Shown here: positions 27,485 to 38,953 of the stretch, in pieces
Layout: the number at the start of each line of letters is the position of its first letter
Position numbering within the stretch: the first letter of the stretch is position 1
Source: Lama glama
Lineage: Eukaryota
NCBI GenBank assembly: GCA_028534125.1
Contig: CM052816.1
Location: 75,766,001-75,830,000, forward strand
Length of the DNA stretch: 64,000 bases
Direction: 5' to 3'
Position numbers and translations under genes: made by a program
The notes under the pieces: model-generated
Databases searched by the model: none
Seen by the model: only the letters and a program-made list of their open reading frames with translations
What the model was told of the DNA's origin: nothing

Positions 27485-28838
27485 AACTCAGGCTGAGTGT
27501 ATTTATTTATTATAATCTCCAAAATAATTTCAGTTGGTACAACTGCTTCTTAAAACCACATCACTATCAGGCTCAGAATTTAATTACAACCAAGCAATTC
27601 ACAAAAACACTTTAAGCAACAAAACATGCTTAATATTTCTTTGAGAAAGTTCCTTCAAATATGTCTACAGCATTACCGGGTATTACACACAACTTTTAGA
27701 AGATGACCCTTACATGCCCCTTCTGTTGTTAATTATGACAACTGTGAAAGGCTAATTTACCCAGTCATTCCACGTCTCCAAGTAAAGCTGTCATGATGCA
27801 ATCTGCCTTTCTCTTAAATTTTAAAGAATATTCTAGATCATTCCATAGGAAAGTAAAACCATGCACACTTTTGGGGGAAAACAAGCTGCTTAGGCTTTTT
27901 ATTTTTATATTATACACTTCAATTACGGGTTACTTACTAAAGGCTTTTTCAAACTTATGTTACATTTTTAAAAATTACCAGCTAGTGGGGACAAAAATAC
28001 AAAACATTTACCAGCAGGTTAGGTTGTCCTGAAATCACAGTTTTCTGGATAAATACATGTAACATCACTAAAAGTTTTTCACTATGTATTATACATAGCT
28101 TGGAAAGAACTTCGAATATTTTGGCCTGTAGTTTTCACAACTTTAAATAGAACTTTATTTTATTCTTTTCATAGTGCTAAACTCTTCCTTTTAAAAATTT
28201 ATATCTCTTTTACAGACATGACTCTCACCGTGAATTTTAAACACCATGGCCTGACCTTGGTTATGAAAGATATCTATCATCTGCAACTTCAGCTGGTTAC
28301 ACTAGGAGGAGAGGGGTTACCATACTTTCATTATACTTTGTATTAACAACATACCTTCTCACGGAGAAGACAATACTTTAAATACCATAAATCATATTTA
28401 CAACAATAAAATTCACATTTCATGCTTTAGTGAGACACATATCATCCGTAAGATAGTCCTCATAGTTTATTAGAATCGAGCCCTTCTGTACCTGGCCTTC
28501 TGCTGTGTGCCAGATATAAAGCTCTTGATGTTACGAAAATAGCAAAACTTATGCCATCCTCCTGTCAAGTAGAAAAACTGAGAGTAGATCTTCCCAGCCA
28601 CCAAGATGTGACCGAAATCCTGTGTAATAGCAAGGTGGCCACCAACGTGCTTCAGACCTCGGGACCCATAGGAATCAATGTGATTGTCTGAAAAGTGCTC
28701 GAAAGCCAGGACGTTCTCTACTGTGCGTTGTAGGATGAAAAGAGCCCTTCTGAGCACGGCTGAACACTTCATTTATGTGTCTATTGCACAGAATTTTAGG
28801 CGCTTCCAGAAATAGTGCTGTATTTCTTTCCTTAGCTA
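27485..28838 (-). other. PTGER4: PTGER4 3'UTR with AU-rich elements and poly(A) signals
   Basis: AU-rich tract with several ATTTA on the minus strand; overlapping AATAAA at 27502-27511, further AATAAA at 28154-28164 and 28466-28471. Confidence 0.7.
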
Positions 28839-29429
28839 CTATATACATTTTTCTGTTAGGTTCAGTGTTTCATTGGGGAATGTGACTTGCAGGGAGCTCC
28901 CCTTTGGGGCAGGCCCCGCCCGGCTACTCCCGCCAACCTCATCCACCAGTAAGACGCTCTCTGAGTCCTGACCCTGGGAGGAGTCCGAGGTCTCTGACAT
29001 TCGCAGAGTCCTCAGCGATGTGGTGTCTGTCTGGGTCAGGCCCATGCCAGGCACACCTGGAAGCAGATTCCTGCCTCCGAGGCCGTTTTCACTGAGGTCC
29101 GGCATGTAGAGGAGGGTCTGGGACGTGCTGCTGACCTCCTTCAGCTCCCGAGAGAGGAAGGAGCGAGAGTGGCCGGACATGGCGGAGGATGTCCTTCTAC
29201 TGTCCGAGCAGTGCTGCCCCGAACGCTCCCTGCGGGACCCGCCGATGCGGCAGAAGAGGCATTTGATCTTCTCTATCGCTTTACTGAGCACTGTCTTCCG
29301 CAGGAGGATATATATCCAGGGGTCCAGGATAGGGTTCACAGCAGCAATTCGGATGGCCTGCAAATCTGGGTTTTTGCTGATGACTTTCTCCGAATCTGGC
29401 TGATATAACTGGTTGATGAACACTCGCAC
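28839..29429 (-). CDS. PTGER4: PTGER4 exon 3 coding part (end of TM6, TM7, C-terminal tail)
   Basis: Acceptor tttacgcag|GTG CGA GTG TTC; VRVFINQLY...RIAAVNPILDPWIYILLRK...LNLTEKCI, tandem stops TAG TAG (28841-28836); DPWIY motif of prostanoid receptors. Confidence 0.97.
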   Translation of the reverse strand: MRVFINQLYQPDSEKVISKNPDLQAIRIAAVNPILDPWIYILLRKTVLSKAIEKIKCLFCRIGGSRRERSGQHCSDSRRTSSAMSGHSRSFLSRELKEVSSTSQTLLYMPDLSENGLGGRNLLPGVPGMGLTQTDTTSLRTLRMSETSDSSQGQDSESVLLVDEVGGSSRAGPAPKGSSLQVTFPNETLNLTEKCI

Positions 29430-30259
29430 CTGCGTAAATGAGATGTCCACATTTAGTGCTTTGCATTAGTTACCTGGGAAAACATCTGCATGCAATGTCT
29501 AACGAAGTAATGTTAGGTAGCGGCTCCCTTTTCTGTGAATAATTGCCAAGAAAAGAGCAGCATACACAATAAGCCTCAGAAAAACCACTGATAAACATGT
29601 TTCTAGTTAGTGTAACTTTAATACATTTGTAACTACTTTGTGAATATCTTCACCAGATCAAAGATGGCATAAAAAATGAGCTGTGTTACAGGTAACATGT
29701 GCATAAAGTTTCCTGGAGAACAATCTTATTAACTTCATTTCTGTGAGTGCTTTCAAGCTTTTGTAATTCTACTGAAGTATCTTTTTTACTCCCAATAGCT
29801 ATTTATTTCCCTTATTTCAGTTGACACTGTATATACTTAAATGAAACTTACTTTGGAAGTCAACTAATCATCTAATCACAGAAAAGCCCAGAGATGCCTT
29901 TATTTTAGAGTTTAAAAAGCATATACTGAAACCACTATCTGAATTTCCTATGCTCTAGAATGACCAGAGAGTCATTTTTATTTTCTCTATGAGTCTGTTC
30001 CCCAGTTATAATAATCATCTAATGTTATTAACTCGAGCTTCAAAAACCTTTTCTATATGTCAGCTGTTCTTCAGTCAATCAATCAATAGGGGAAAAAAGG
30101 GGGGATCTTGCCTTGAGTTTTGATGGATGAGTGAAACTTTGCTAAACTTAAAAAGGACGTAAGTAACCCTAATTACCTGCCTCCCCCAAGTAATTTAGGT
30201 GAGAAATGCAGGGAGAAAACTGGAATGGTTTTCTTTTTTTTATATAAAAGATCTCGGTT

Positions 30260-30441
30260 GGGGGGAGGGTATAGCTCAGTGGTAGAGTGCCTGCTTAGCA
30301 CACACGAGGTCTTGGGTTCAATCCCCAGTACCTCCACTAAGAAATAAATAAATAAAATAAATAAACCTAATTACCTATCCCCCACTAAAAATTAAAAAAA
30401 CAAAACAAAACAAAACAAAAACAGTTTAAAAAAATAAATAA
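30260..30441 (+). mobile_element. tRNA-derived SINE (Vic-1-like)
   Basis: GGGGAGGGTATAGCTCAGTGGTAGAG...GGTTCAATCCCCAGTACCTCC + (TAAA)n/(CAAAA)n tail; TSD ataaaagatct at 30244-30254 and 30442-30452. Confidence 0.92.
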
Positions 30442-30515
30442 ATAAAAGATCTTAGTGGAATTAGAAGACCCAGACCTCATCATTTATGTCATCATCATGA
30501 TCCTTTAAGAGTAAA

Positions 30516-30720
30516 ATTCGTTTTTTTTTTAAATTTTATATATATACATACATATAAAAGAGAGAGGTATTTGACATATAACACTATTTGTTTCAGGTGC
30601 ACAACATAATGATTTGGTATTTGTATATATTGCAAAATAATCACCACAATAAGTCTAATTAACATCCATCACCACACATAGTTACAGAAATTTTCTCATG
30701 AGAGCTTTTAAGATCTACTC
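30516..30720 (-). mobile_element. Short L1 3' end
   Basis: L1 3'UTR words; TSD tttaRgagtaaa at 30504-30515 and 30721-30732. Confidence 0.75.
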
Positions 30721-30764
30721 TTTAGGAGTAAATGTGAGAGTGTACGTTTAACAAGTGCTTTTCT

Positions 30765-31029
30765 GAAGCGGACTCATAGATGCAGAGAACAAACTAGTGG
30801 TTACCACTGGGGAGAGGGAAAGGGGATTAAGAGGTACAGACTATTAGGTATAAAATAAGATAAAAGGATATATTGTACAAGATGGGGAACATAGCCAATA
30901 TTTTATAATGACTATAAATGGAGTATAACCTTTAAAAATTGTGAATCAATATACTGTACAACTGTAACATATAATATTGCACATCAACTATACTTCAATT
31001 AAAAAAAGAGGGAGAAAAGAGAAAAAAAT
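30765..31029 (+). mobile_element. Short L1 3' end
   Basis: gactcatagatgcagagaacaaactagtggttacc…caactatacttcaattaaaa; imperfect TSD aagtgc(c)ttttc at 30753-30763 and 31030-31041. Confidence 0.8.
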
Positions 31030-31529
31030 AAGTGCCTTTTCCTCTAAGGAATAAACTGATAGTGTTCCTTAAGTTTACACAAATTCACTCTCTTCATTGA
31101 GTCATTTGAAGTTCCCAGAAGGCATATCATTTCATTCTTCCATGACTCTGCACATAATATTACTCTATTTAAAATGCTGTCTTTTTCTCGGAGGAAATGT
31201 TGCTGAGACCGGAGGTTTTGAGGACCTCACCAAGGTCCCCTTGTCCCCTGTTGGTGGCTGATTCTGGTCTGGGCCCCAGGTCTCCTGAGGACTTCCATGT
31301 TGCTTTTTCTGTTCTACCAGGCTGGCTGGCTGGCTCTCTGTTTAAGAATTATTTCCTGACAATGGAAGTATTGGTAAAAAGCATGAGATCTATGTTTTAC
31401 TCACATCACACAGTATGTTCCTAAGGGTAAAAGGAATGCTGGATTTTAATCTGTTAGTATCAGGCCCTTCTATGTGCGGAGCCTCTAGGAAAAAAACCTA
31501 AAGCAAGAATTCTGCGAACTTGAGACTTC

Positions 31530-31548
31530 CAGCCTCTAGGTGGCAGTG
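31530..31548 (+). promoter_or_regulatory. CTCF motif in PTGER4 intron 2
   Basis: CAGCCTCTAGGTGGCAGTG closely fits the CTCF core consensus CC(A/T)C(C/T)AG(A/G)(G/T)GGC(A/G)(G/C). Confidence 0.65.
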
Positions 31549-33456
31549 TTGCTCCACTTGGGAGTTCTCGCTTCCACAGGCCTCCGTGGGAAGTATTTCG
31601 CTCAGCCATCCCCAAGACCCTCTTTCAGAGCAGAATCTTGGTTATGCTTAAAAATTTGCATTTCTCAAATTTCTAACATTGAAATGTTTTGTTGCTAGTT
31701 GTTTCTCCCATCACTTCCTCAAAGGAAAAATGGTTACTACTGAAAGGAGAAAATTTTTTGAACAGCTACAATGAATATAGAAGGAATGAAATTTGTAGCT
31801 GTTTAAGGGAATGTATTAGGAGTTTATTATTTAATTTTTAAATTCCTATGAACTTTTAGAAAAGTCAGTGTTGTAAATAATTAATAATTAATAATGGGCT
31901 TTCATAATCAAAGGTGATGAGAGGCAAAGAAAGCATCATCTCTGTGACCTACTTCCACAGCAGTTAATTTTGACTACTGTATAAGGGAATAAAAGAAAGC
32001 CTTGTTTTGGAGTTCCACTCTGGAGGGGAGCTTACAATTAACACAAGCTACTGAACCTGGTCATTTAGTGCCTTTGAGTAAAGAGGAGCTCCCAGGGTAG
32101 CAATAAGGATGAGTATGAAAAGCAATGTCCAAATGCAGGTAAAACATTCTCAAAAGTTGGTCAAATCATTTGAAAAACATCTAGATGCAGGATTTTTCCT
32201 TTGGAGCCTTTCTCAGTGGAGATTGCCTTGAAGTAGAGAAAAAGAAGACAAAAGTGAACAAAAGCTCCACGTACCTCGTAAGGTTTGAAAAAATAGAGCA
32301 GATCTTTGCCTCACTTTATAGGCTACTTGACTTGCTCTTCCCACAGGGGGAAACCCCAGATGAAAATGGGGCTGTCTACACCAGTGCCTCGTGTCATGTT
32401 GGGAGTGAAAGCACTTTTCTGGAATTCTTGTCCAACAGGCTCTGTATGTTACACAAATAAACACGTTCAGGCAATTTTCAGTGTTGGAAGGGTGTGCTGC
32501 TGATAAAACAGAATCTCTGAGTTGGAGGTGGGAGGGGGAAACACTCTCAAAGGATTCACCAAAAACAAACCAAACAACATACGTATTCTCTTACAATTTT
32601 AAAAGTTAGTCTGTTTTTTAGCAGCTGCCGATTTACACCTGTGGTTTATTGTTAATGTTGACAAACGTGACAATATTCTAAACTTCTTGAGGATGACTAG
32701 AGATTAAGATTCAGGAATATTGAAGCATAACTTGAAGAAAATCTGGTAAATTCAGAAGAAGACATGATGACAGGAAAGTGGTAAGGGAGGCTCTATGTTG
32801 TAAAGAGAAACACCCACGTTCTGTTCCAATCCTCGCTCTGCTCCTTATAATTTATGTACAAATTATGTAAGTGCTTAGTGCAATTATGTAGGAGCTTGGC
32901 CACTGTGGGATATATCAAGAATTTGAAAACCACAGTTTCAAGGTACCTTTGGGGTATAGTTAATGACACGTTATCAAAAACACGTACTTCCTATTTAAGA
33001 ATTAACCTGTTGGCAGGGAATGTCTAATTGAAAAAGAATGTGAAATTTTGATTAGACTGACTCAGTAATTGACTGTCAGAGTAGAAATGCTTTCCAATAA
33101 ATAACGAGATCCTATAACTGGATTTGCGTGTATGCTCCTTGTTCTGTTCCGAGCACATAAAAGGAATGATCTGTGTGTGCTCAGTTATCTAACTGCCTTG
33201 TGAAGAGTCCAAAATTGACACAGCTGTTACTAGAAATTCTTATCACTTTTTTTTTTGAGTGAGAAAAAAATCACTGAGGAGAGTGGAAGGAGCTCTCAGA
33301 GCTGCTTCCCTCTGTGTCACTAAACTGGCCATTTAACTGCGGGCAAATGACAATCTCCATAGGTCAGTCTGTCCATCGAAAATTTATTTTGGAAGTGTTT
33401 GATTTTTTTAGACTCTAACTTTCAGCATTCTAACTGGCACCTTCAAGAATCAGTTC

Positions 33457-33570
33457 AGGGAATAGCTCAGTGGTAGAGCACGTGTTTGGTGTGCCCAAGG
33501 TCCTGGGTTCAATCTCCACTGCCTCTGTTTAAGGGGAAAAAATGTAAGTAAATTATAATTTTTTTTTTTA
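33457..33570 (+). mobile_element. tRNA-derived SINE (Vic-1-like), diverged
   Basis: ATAGCTCAGTGGTAGAGC...GGTTCAATCTCC; flanking direct repeat aagaatca at 33445-33452 and 33571-33578. Confidence 0.8.
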
Positions 33571-36375
33571 AAGAATCACGTCAGCTCTGGAGGGAAAAAT
33601 ATCTTGTTAGCAGGTGTTCCAGAAAACCAAGCCTTGACAGCTCAGCAAAACCTGGCAAGAAGGCATTAGATCAGGACTCCGCCACAGCCACCCAGGAAGT
33701 TGCAGGGTGATGTAAAGCCTTCATCTGAGGAATTTGAGGTGCAAAACGAGTGAAAATATCGGCCAGCCCAACTTTCTTCCTAGAGCTGTTTTCAAGATTC
33801 AGATGAGATACAGAAAAATACCATACTTGTATGTGCTTCTCTGCAGTCTTCATGGCACTATTACTGGGTCTGCAGTTTTGTGTTATAACTAAAAAACTGC
33901 TTTGGGGAAATGTTCTCTTTTAATTTTGCCAAATTTCTTTGAAAAAGTAATCAAATCCTTCAGGTTCTGCCATAGTAGTGCCTGGCTGTATGGCATCCCT
34001 CCTGGACCTCTAGATGTGATTCTCAGTCATCTGAAACCCCAGCAAGTTGTTCTGAGATTCCATTTCCAGTCTGTCTACAGTAAACAAGTGTATCTATTTA
34101 CACAGTCTTCCTCTGCTCTAATAAACCTTTGCTGATCAAATGCTGATGAAAGCTTTACACAGACAGCTAGTTTATAGTAAGGAACCAAATAAACACTCAC
34201 AGGAAGCTATTTTCCTGAAGACTTAAGCTTTACCCATCCTAGGCAGAAGATGAATCAAACTGGCCATTCTCTCCCTAATAGGGATGAATGCTTGTTACTT
34301 CAGGTAAGGAAAAAGGAAATAAAAGAAACAAGTAAGCAATAAATAGGGCCTTGGCTTGCCCCTGCATGGGGGAAAATGCCTTTCCAAGTCCTACAGTGTA
34401 TCTGTTTAGCCCTGAGGCAAAAGATTGGATTATAATCATTATTATAACATTAGTAACTGCAAAATTAGGCACCAGACGTCCACAGCTGCAGCATTTAACA
34501 CTAGGACCTTATGAGGCTGTCTTGCTTGTGTATTTCTAGAGAATTCATCCTTTTTATTTACTTGAAGCATAGACTCTTTTATTACTTTAACTTCTCTTGT
34601 GTTTTAAAAAGCCAGAGCCTGGTTATAAATAGAAAAATAGACAAAATGCTAAGCACCACCTTCCCACTATACTTTGTCATGGAATGTTCCTTGCTGACTG
34701 TACTTGCACCTTTTCTCTTTCTTGTTTATGACTCACTTTAGAAATTTTGCAACTTCAGCACAATTCCTTATGTATCCACAACTAATTTTCCAGCCTTTCT
34801 CCAATTTTCATTCTCAGTTCTATTTATGAGACATTTATATTTTGGATGACAAATTAAAATTTACTTTTGATACTCAAGTCAATATCACCTGCCTTCTAAG
34901 ACTCACTGTAGTTTTCTTCCTGGTGTCCAAAAGATAAAAAGATGGCCACTTTGCAGTGACTCCTTGTTTTCCTATTAAGTGAAGCTTGCTAAAATTCCAC
35001 GTAAAGTGCATTTGATCTGTTATTTCCAAAGCATTTAAAATGTTTCGAAGGGTTTGATTTGCCTCAAATAGGATTAGCAACTAGCTTGATTTGATAAAGT
35101 TAAAAGAGATGCTTCATTAGTTTCCTTGGAACTGAAGATAGATCTGTCCACTTTAAAAGTCAGAGTTCAGAAACTTGAAACTTAAATTACAAAATGAATA
35201 TGAGAAACATGAAAAAACAAGACAGTTGTAAAAGTAAGCCAAGGAAGATCACAGTTGTGGATAAGTTTCTCTTTTAATTCTTTCAGTACTTGCTAAACTG
35301 TGGGTGGGTGCGTAGGACAATGACCCCATTGCTCATCATTAATACAATTAAGTTAACTCTGAAATTAGATTTTAGTAGTCAAAACTAAAGGCTAAAAACT
35401 GAAGCCCCATTACTTGTATGATCCCTTATTACCTCTAAAGGTATGTCTATGGAATTACTTCTTAGCGGAGCCATTTTCAGTTTTCAGAGTAAAATTACCT
35501 ACTATCTACAACACGATACTGACTTTATGTAGAGTGGATAGTCCTTGTTAGTTAAAATGTGGTTAATTTGCAAACCATAAATACTGCTCCTATAATTTCT
35601 TGCTTCTCCAATAACATCAAAAACTGTGATAAATGACCCTGCACCGTAGGGTCAGATCTACCATTTCAGCCCACAAGAGGCTTGAAGAAAACAGTTCATC
35701 TGTGACTGTGCAGTAATCAACAGCTTCACATGCTTACTTCCAACCAAACCACATTTTAAAAGTATGTGCATGTTGCTAAGCTGCTAGCCCTAATTCCTCA
35801 GTTCCTCAAAGTGGATGTTCTGTAAATAATAACCACTCACTTTGGCATTTACTGTTCTGTAAAACGTAAGGCAGAGGCCGCAGAAGCAAGCCCCAGTAGG
35901 AACAGAGTTGTTTCTTCCAAAATCTCACTTTATTCTGAGTTACCATTACAGACAGTAAAATATATTTATGTGTCTCAATTAACTCTGTAAATTATACTGG
36001 GTCCTGGAATGGTTTAAAGGCCCTCTGCCCAATTATATTTACTTCTGTTTAGACAAATTGGCAAGAAGCTACTGTATGTTGGCTCTCAGCCACCTCGGAG
36101 CTCCTTCCATTTACAGTCAATTTTACCAAAGAAATATTATTTCTATATTAAAGATCCCTGAAGAGTATTAATAAGGGAAAAGAAGGAATAATAGCCTGTT
36201 ATGTTTATTTTCTCTTGCTCCCAATCAGCATAAGGAAGAAACAAAACTTTTTGAGTAGGCAGTTTAGAATTTCCAGGAATGCAGTGTTCTGAGAGATGGA
36301 AAAACTCAGAACTAGTTCCTTTCAAGAGAAACTCTAAAGTATTATGTGCATCTGCCCATGTGTTTCTAGTGCATT

Positions 36376-36492
36376 ACTTTTTTTTTAAATTTTAATTTAA
36401 TTTTTTTCCCTAAACAGGGGCGCTAGGGTTTGAATCCAGGATCTTGTGCATGCCAGGCATGCACTCTACCACTGAGCAATCCCCCCCACCCC
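36376..36492 (-). mobile_element. tRNA-derived SINE (Vic-1-like)
   Basis: Reverse-complement head; TSD ctagtgcatt at 36366-36375 and 36493-36502. Confidence 0.85.
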
Positions 36493-37575
36493 CTAGTGCA
36501 TTCTTTTCTAGTGACAGGCAAAGTTCAGGAGAACTAGGTAGGTCCTCCAGCTTCCTGCTTATATTTCAAAAGTTAACCCAAAGGCAATTTTAAAGAAAGC
36601 AGTGTCCTGAAAATGAGGTGTACCAAAACTCAAACACATATACTATTGGGTAGGTCAAAATTAGAGGGAGACATGATGTAATATTACAGGAGCAGGGCTT
36701 GGAGTCAGATGAGTCTGAGGTCCATCACAAGCTGCAAGACTCTGGCTCTCCAGTAAATAAGACAACCCTCTCTAAAGCTCCATTTCTCTAGAACGACACT
36801 GTACCTCTCACAGTTGAGAACTCAAATTCAATACCCCATGTACATCAGCCTGCCCATAATAGGCCCTCTGAGAAACTTTGCTTGCCAGGTCCTGAGAGAA
36901 AAAGAAGGACCCCGATTAGGGCCACGCTTGGGTAGGAAGTGTGACCCACTGAGATATTCTCCCAGAGCACAGCATGGTAAAGAGCAGGGCATGTAGCTTG
37001 ACAGCGTATTTTAAGCAAGTCATTCCCTATGGGAAGTGAGGGAGTTAGACTAGACCAGAAAGCAACCAATATCTCTTCTAGCTCTAAAACTCTACATAAG
37101 CTACAAAAAAAGAAAAAAAACCCAACATAAATCAAAACATAAAAAACCCACTGTTGCAAGGAGCGTACACCAAAGAGATCACAACCCCTGAGTTTGGATT
37201 CTGCCCTTGACAGAGTGGAAGACGAGGCCAAGTCACACTACAGCGGTTTCCCCTCCACATCTGACAGAGAGTGGCAGGTGTTCCCGGAAGGCTCAAGAAC
37301 AATGTCAGGCAGCAAAGGGTAGGGGCTGTCCCGGGGGTAGAAGGGAAACTTGGCTTTCGGGGAAAGAAACTCGGAGATGTGAGGGGAAAGCACCTGTTAC
37401 ATCTCTTAAGGGATGCGGCCTAAAAGGAGGTTGGGCCCGTTGTGAGAAGCTGAATGTGGGACCCCCATCCCCGAGCTGGAGGAGACGCGTTTACCGCCGC
37501 GGAAAGAGCTGGAGACGGAGGAGGGAGGTGAATGCAGGAAAAGGGCCGAGTGGGGCCCTCGCCCCAGCCACTCAC

Positions 37576-38454
37576 CACGAGCGGGATGGAGCAGATGAGC
37601 ACCACCAGGGAAGTGGCGATGAGTAAGATGACCATCTGGATCTCAGCGCCCGCGATGCGGCGGAAGCTCCGGCGGCGGCGAAAGTCGCTGAGGCGCGGCA
37701 GGGCGGGGGAGGCGGCGGCCGGGGTGCCGCGGCAAGCGGCTGAGGCCACGGCGACGGCGGCGGCGGCCGCGTGGTGCTGCTCCGTGCCCAGCGAGGTGCG
37801 GCGCATGAACTGTCGGTGCATACGGAGCAGCGCGCCGCACACGAGCACGTTGCAGAGCACCGTGGCGAGAATGAGGAAGGAACTGAAGCCCGCGTACATG
37901 TAGGAGAAGGCGGCGTGCGCCGTCACGTTGGTGGTCCAGTCGATGAAGCACCAGGTTTTCGGGTACTGCAGCCGCGAGCTGCCGAGGCCCATGTTGGGCA
38001 GCGCGCAGAAGAGCACGTTGGACGCGTAGACCGCGAAGAGCGTGAGACCCGCCAGCCGCTTGTCCACGTAGTGGTTGTAGAAGTAGGCGTGGTTGATGGC
38101 CAGGTAGCGCTCGATACTCATGGCACAGATGATGCTGAGCCCCGACAGGCCGAAGAAGAGCAGGATGAAGGTGCTGTACTCGCACAGTGCCGGGCCCCCG
38201 GGCCACTGGCCCTTCATGTACGTGGCGATGGTCACAGGGCTCACCAGCAACGTGCCCAGCAGGTCGGTGACCGCCAGCCCGCATACCAGTGTGTAGAAGG
38301 TCGTCTCCTTCTGCTCCTTGCGCGATTTACACAGAACCACGATGGCCACAAGGTTGCCCACCACCCCAAAGATGAACATCACCGCCGGGATGGTCACCGG
38401 GCTGTTTAGTCGGTCGGAGGCCTGGGCGGACGCATTGGCCCCAGGCGTGGCCAT
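37576..38454 (-). CDS. PTGER4: PTGER4 exon 2 coding part (N-terminus to TM6, 293 codons)
   Basis: Kozak accaccATGG at 38454; MATPGANASAQASDRLNSPVTIPAVMFIFGVVGNLVAIVVL...ERY...TWCFIDW...LICSIPLV|gtgagt donor; acceptor ccacccccag| at 38496, so the exon starts at 38495. With exon 3 this gives a 489-aa EP4 receptor. Confidence 0.98.
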
Positions 38455-38953
38455 GGTGGTGGCCGGCAGTACAGTCTTGGAGTGCGAGGCTGGGTCTGGG
38501 GGTGGAAGGAGATAGACAAAGAGGCGATGAGTGGAAATGACCACTTGCAAGGTGTCAGACCCGCGCCCAAGAAACAGTATGTGGTGAGACCAGGGGAGCA
38601 ACTCGATCCTACATTGTGGACTGTAGCCACTTACCAATTGCGGCTATCGAAATCTCCAGGGTCCGGATACGTCCTGCCAGCAGCACCACTCTACTGGCAT
38701 TAATATTTATAAATTGATACTGCCATTCTCTCCTCCTCCTCCCCCAACCCAACTCACTTCACTGCCAAGATGAACAAGACCTATCTCAAGGGGAAATTTG
38801 CTCTCTCGTTTTCCCGGCAGATTCTGAGTCAATAAAAGTCTCATTGAAAGCAAGATATGTTAGATAATTTGGAGAGCGCGCTCTTTCCTCCTTGGCTCTG
38901 CTCAAGGAGCTCTCACTCACCACACTTGCCCCGTGTCCCCAACCCTACCTCAC

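Noticed and set aside
30260..30340. tRNA gene
   Set aside because: The tRNA-like head is followed by an A-rich tail and TSDs and recurs seven times with divergence, so it is a SINE.
37420..38637. 405-aa single-exon ORF as the EP4 protein
   Set aside because: It starts at a non-ATG codon in intron 1 and reads through the exon 2 donor into intron 2; the supported CDS part is 38454-37576.
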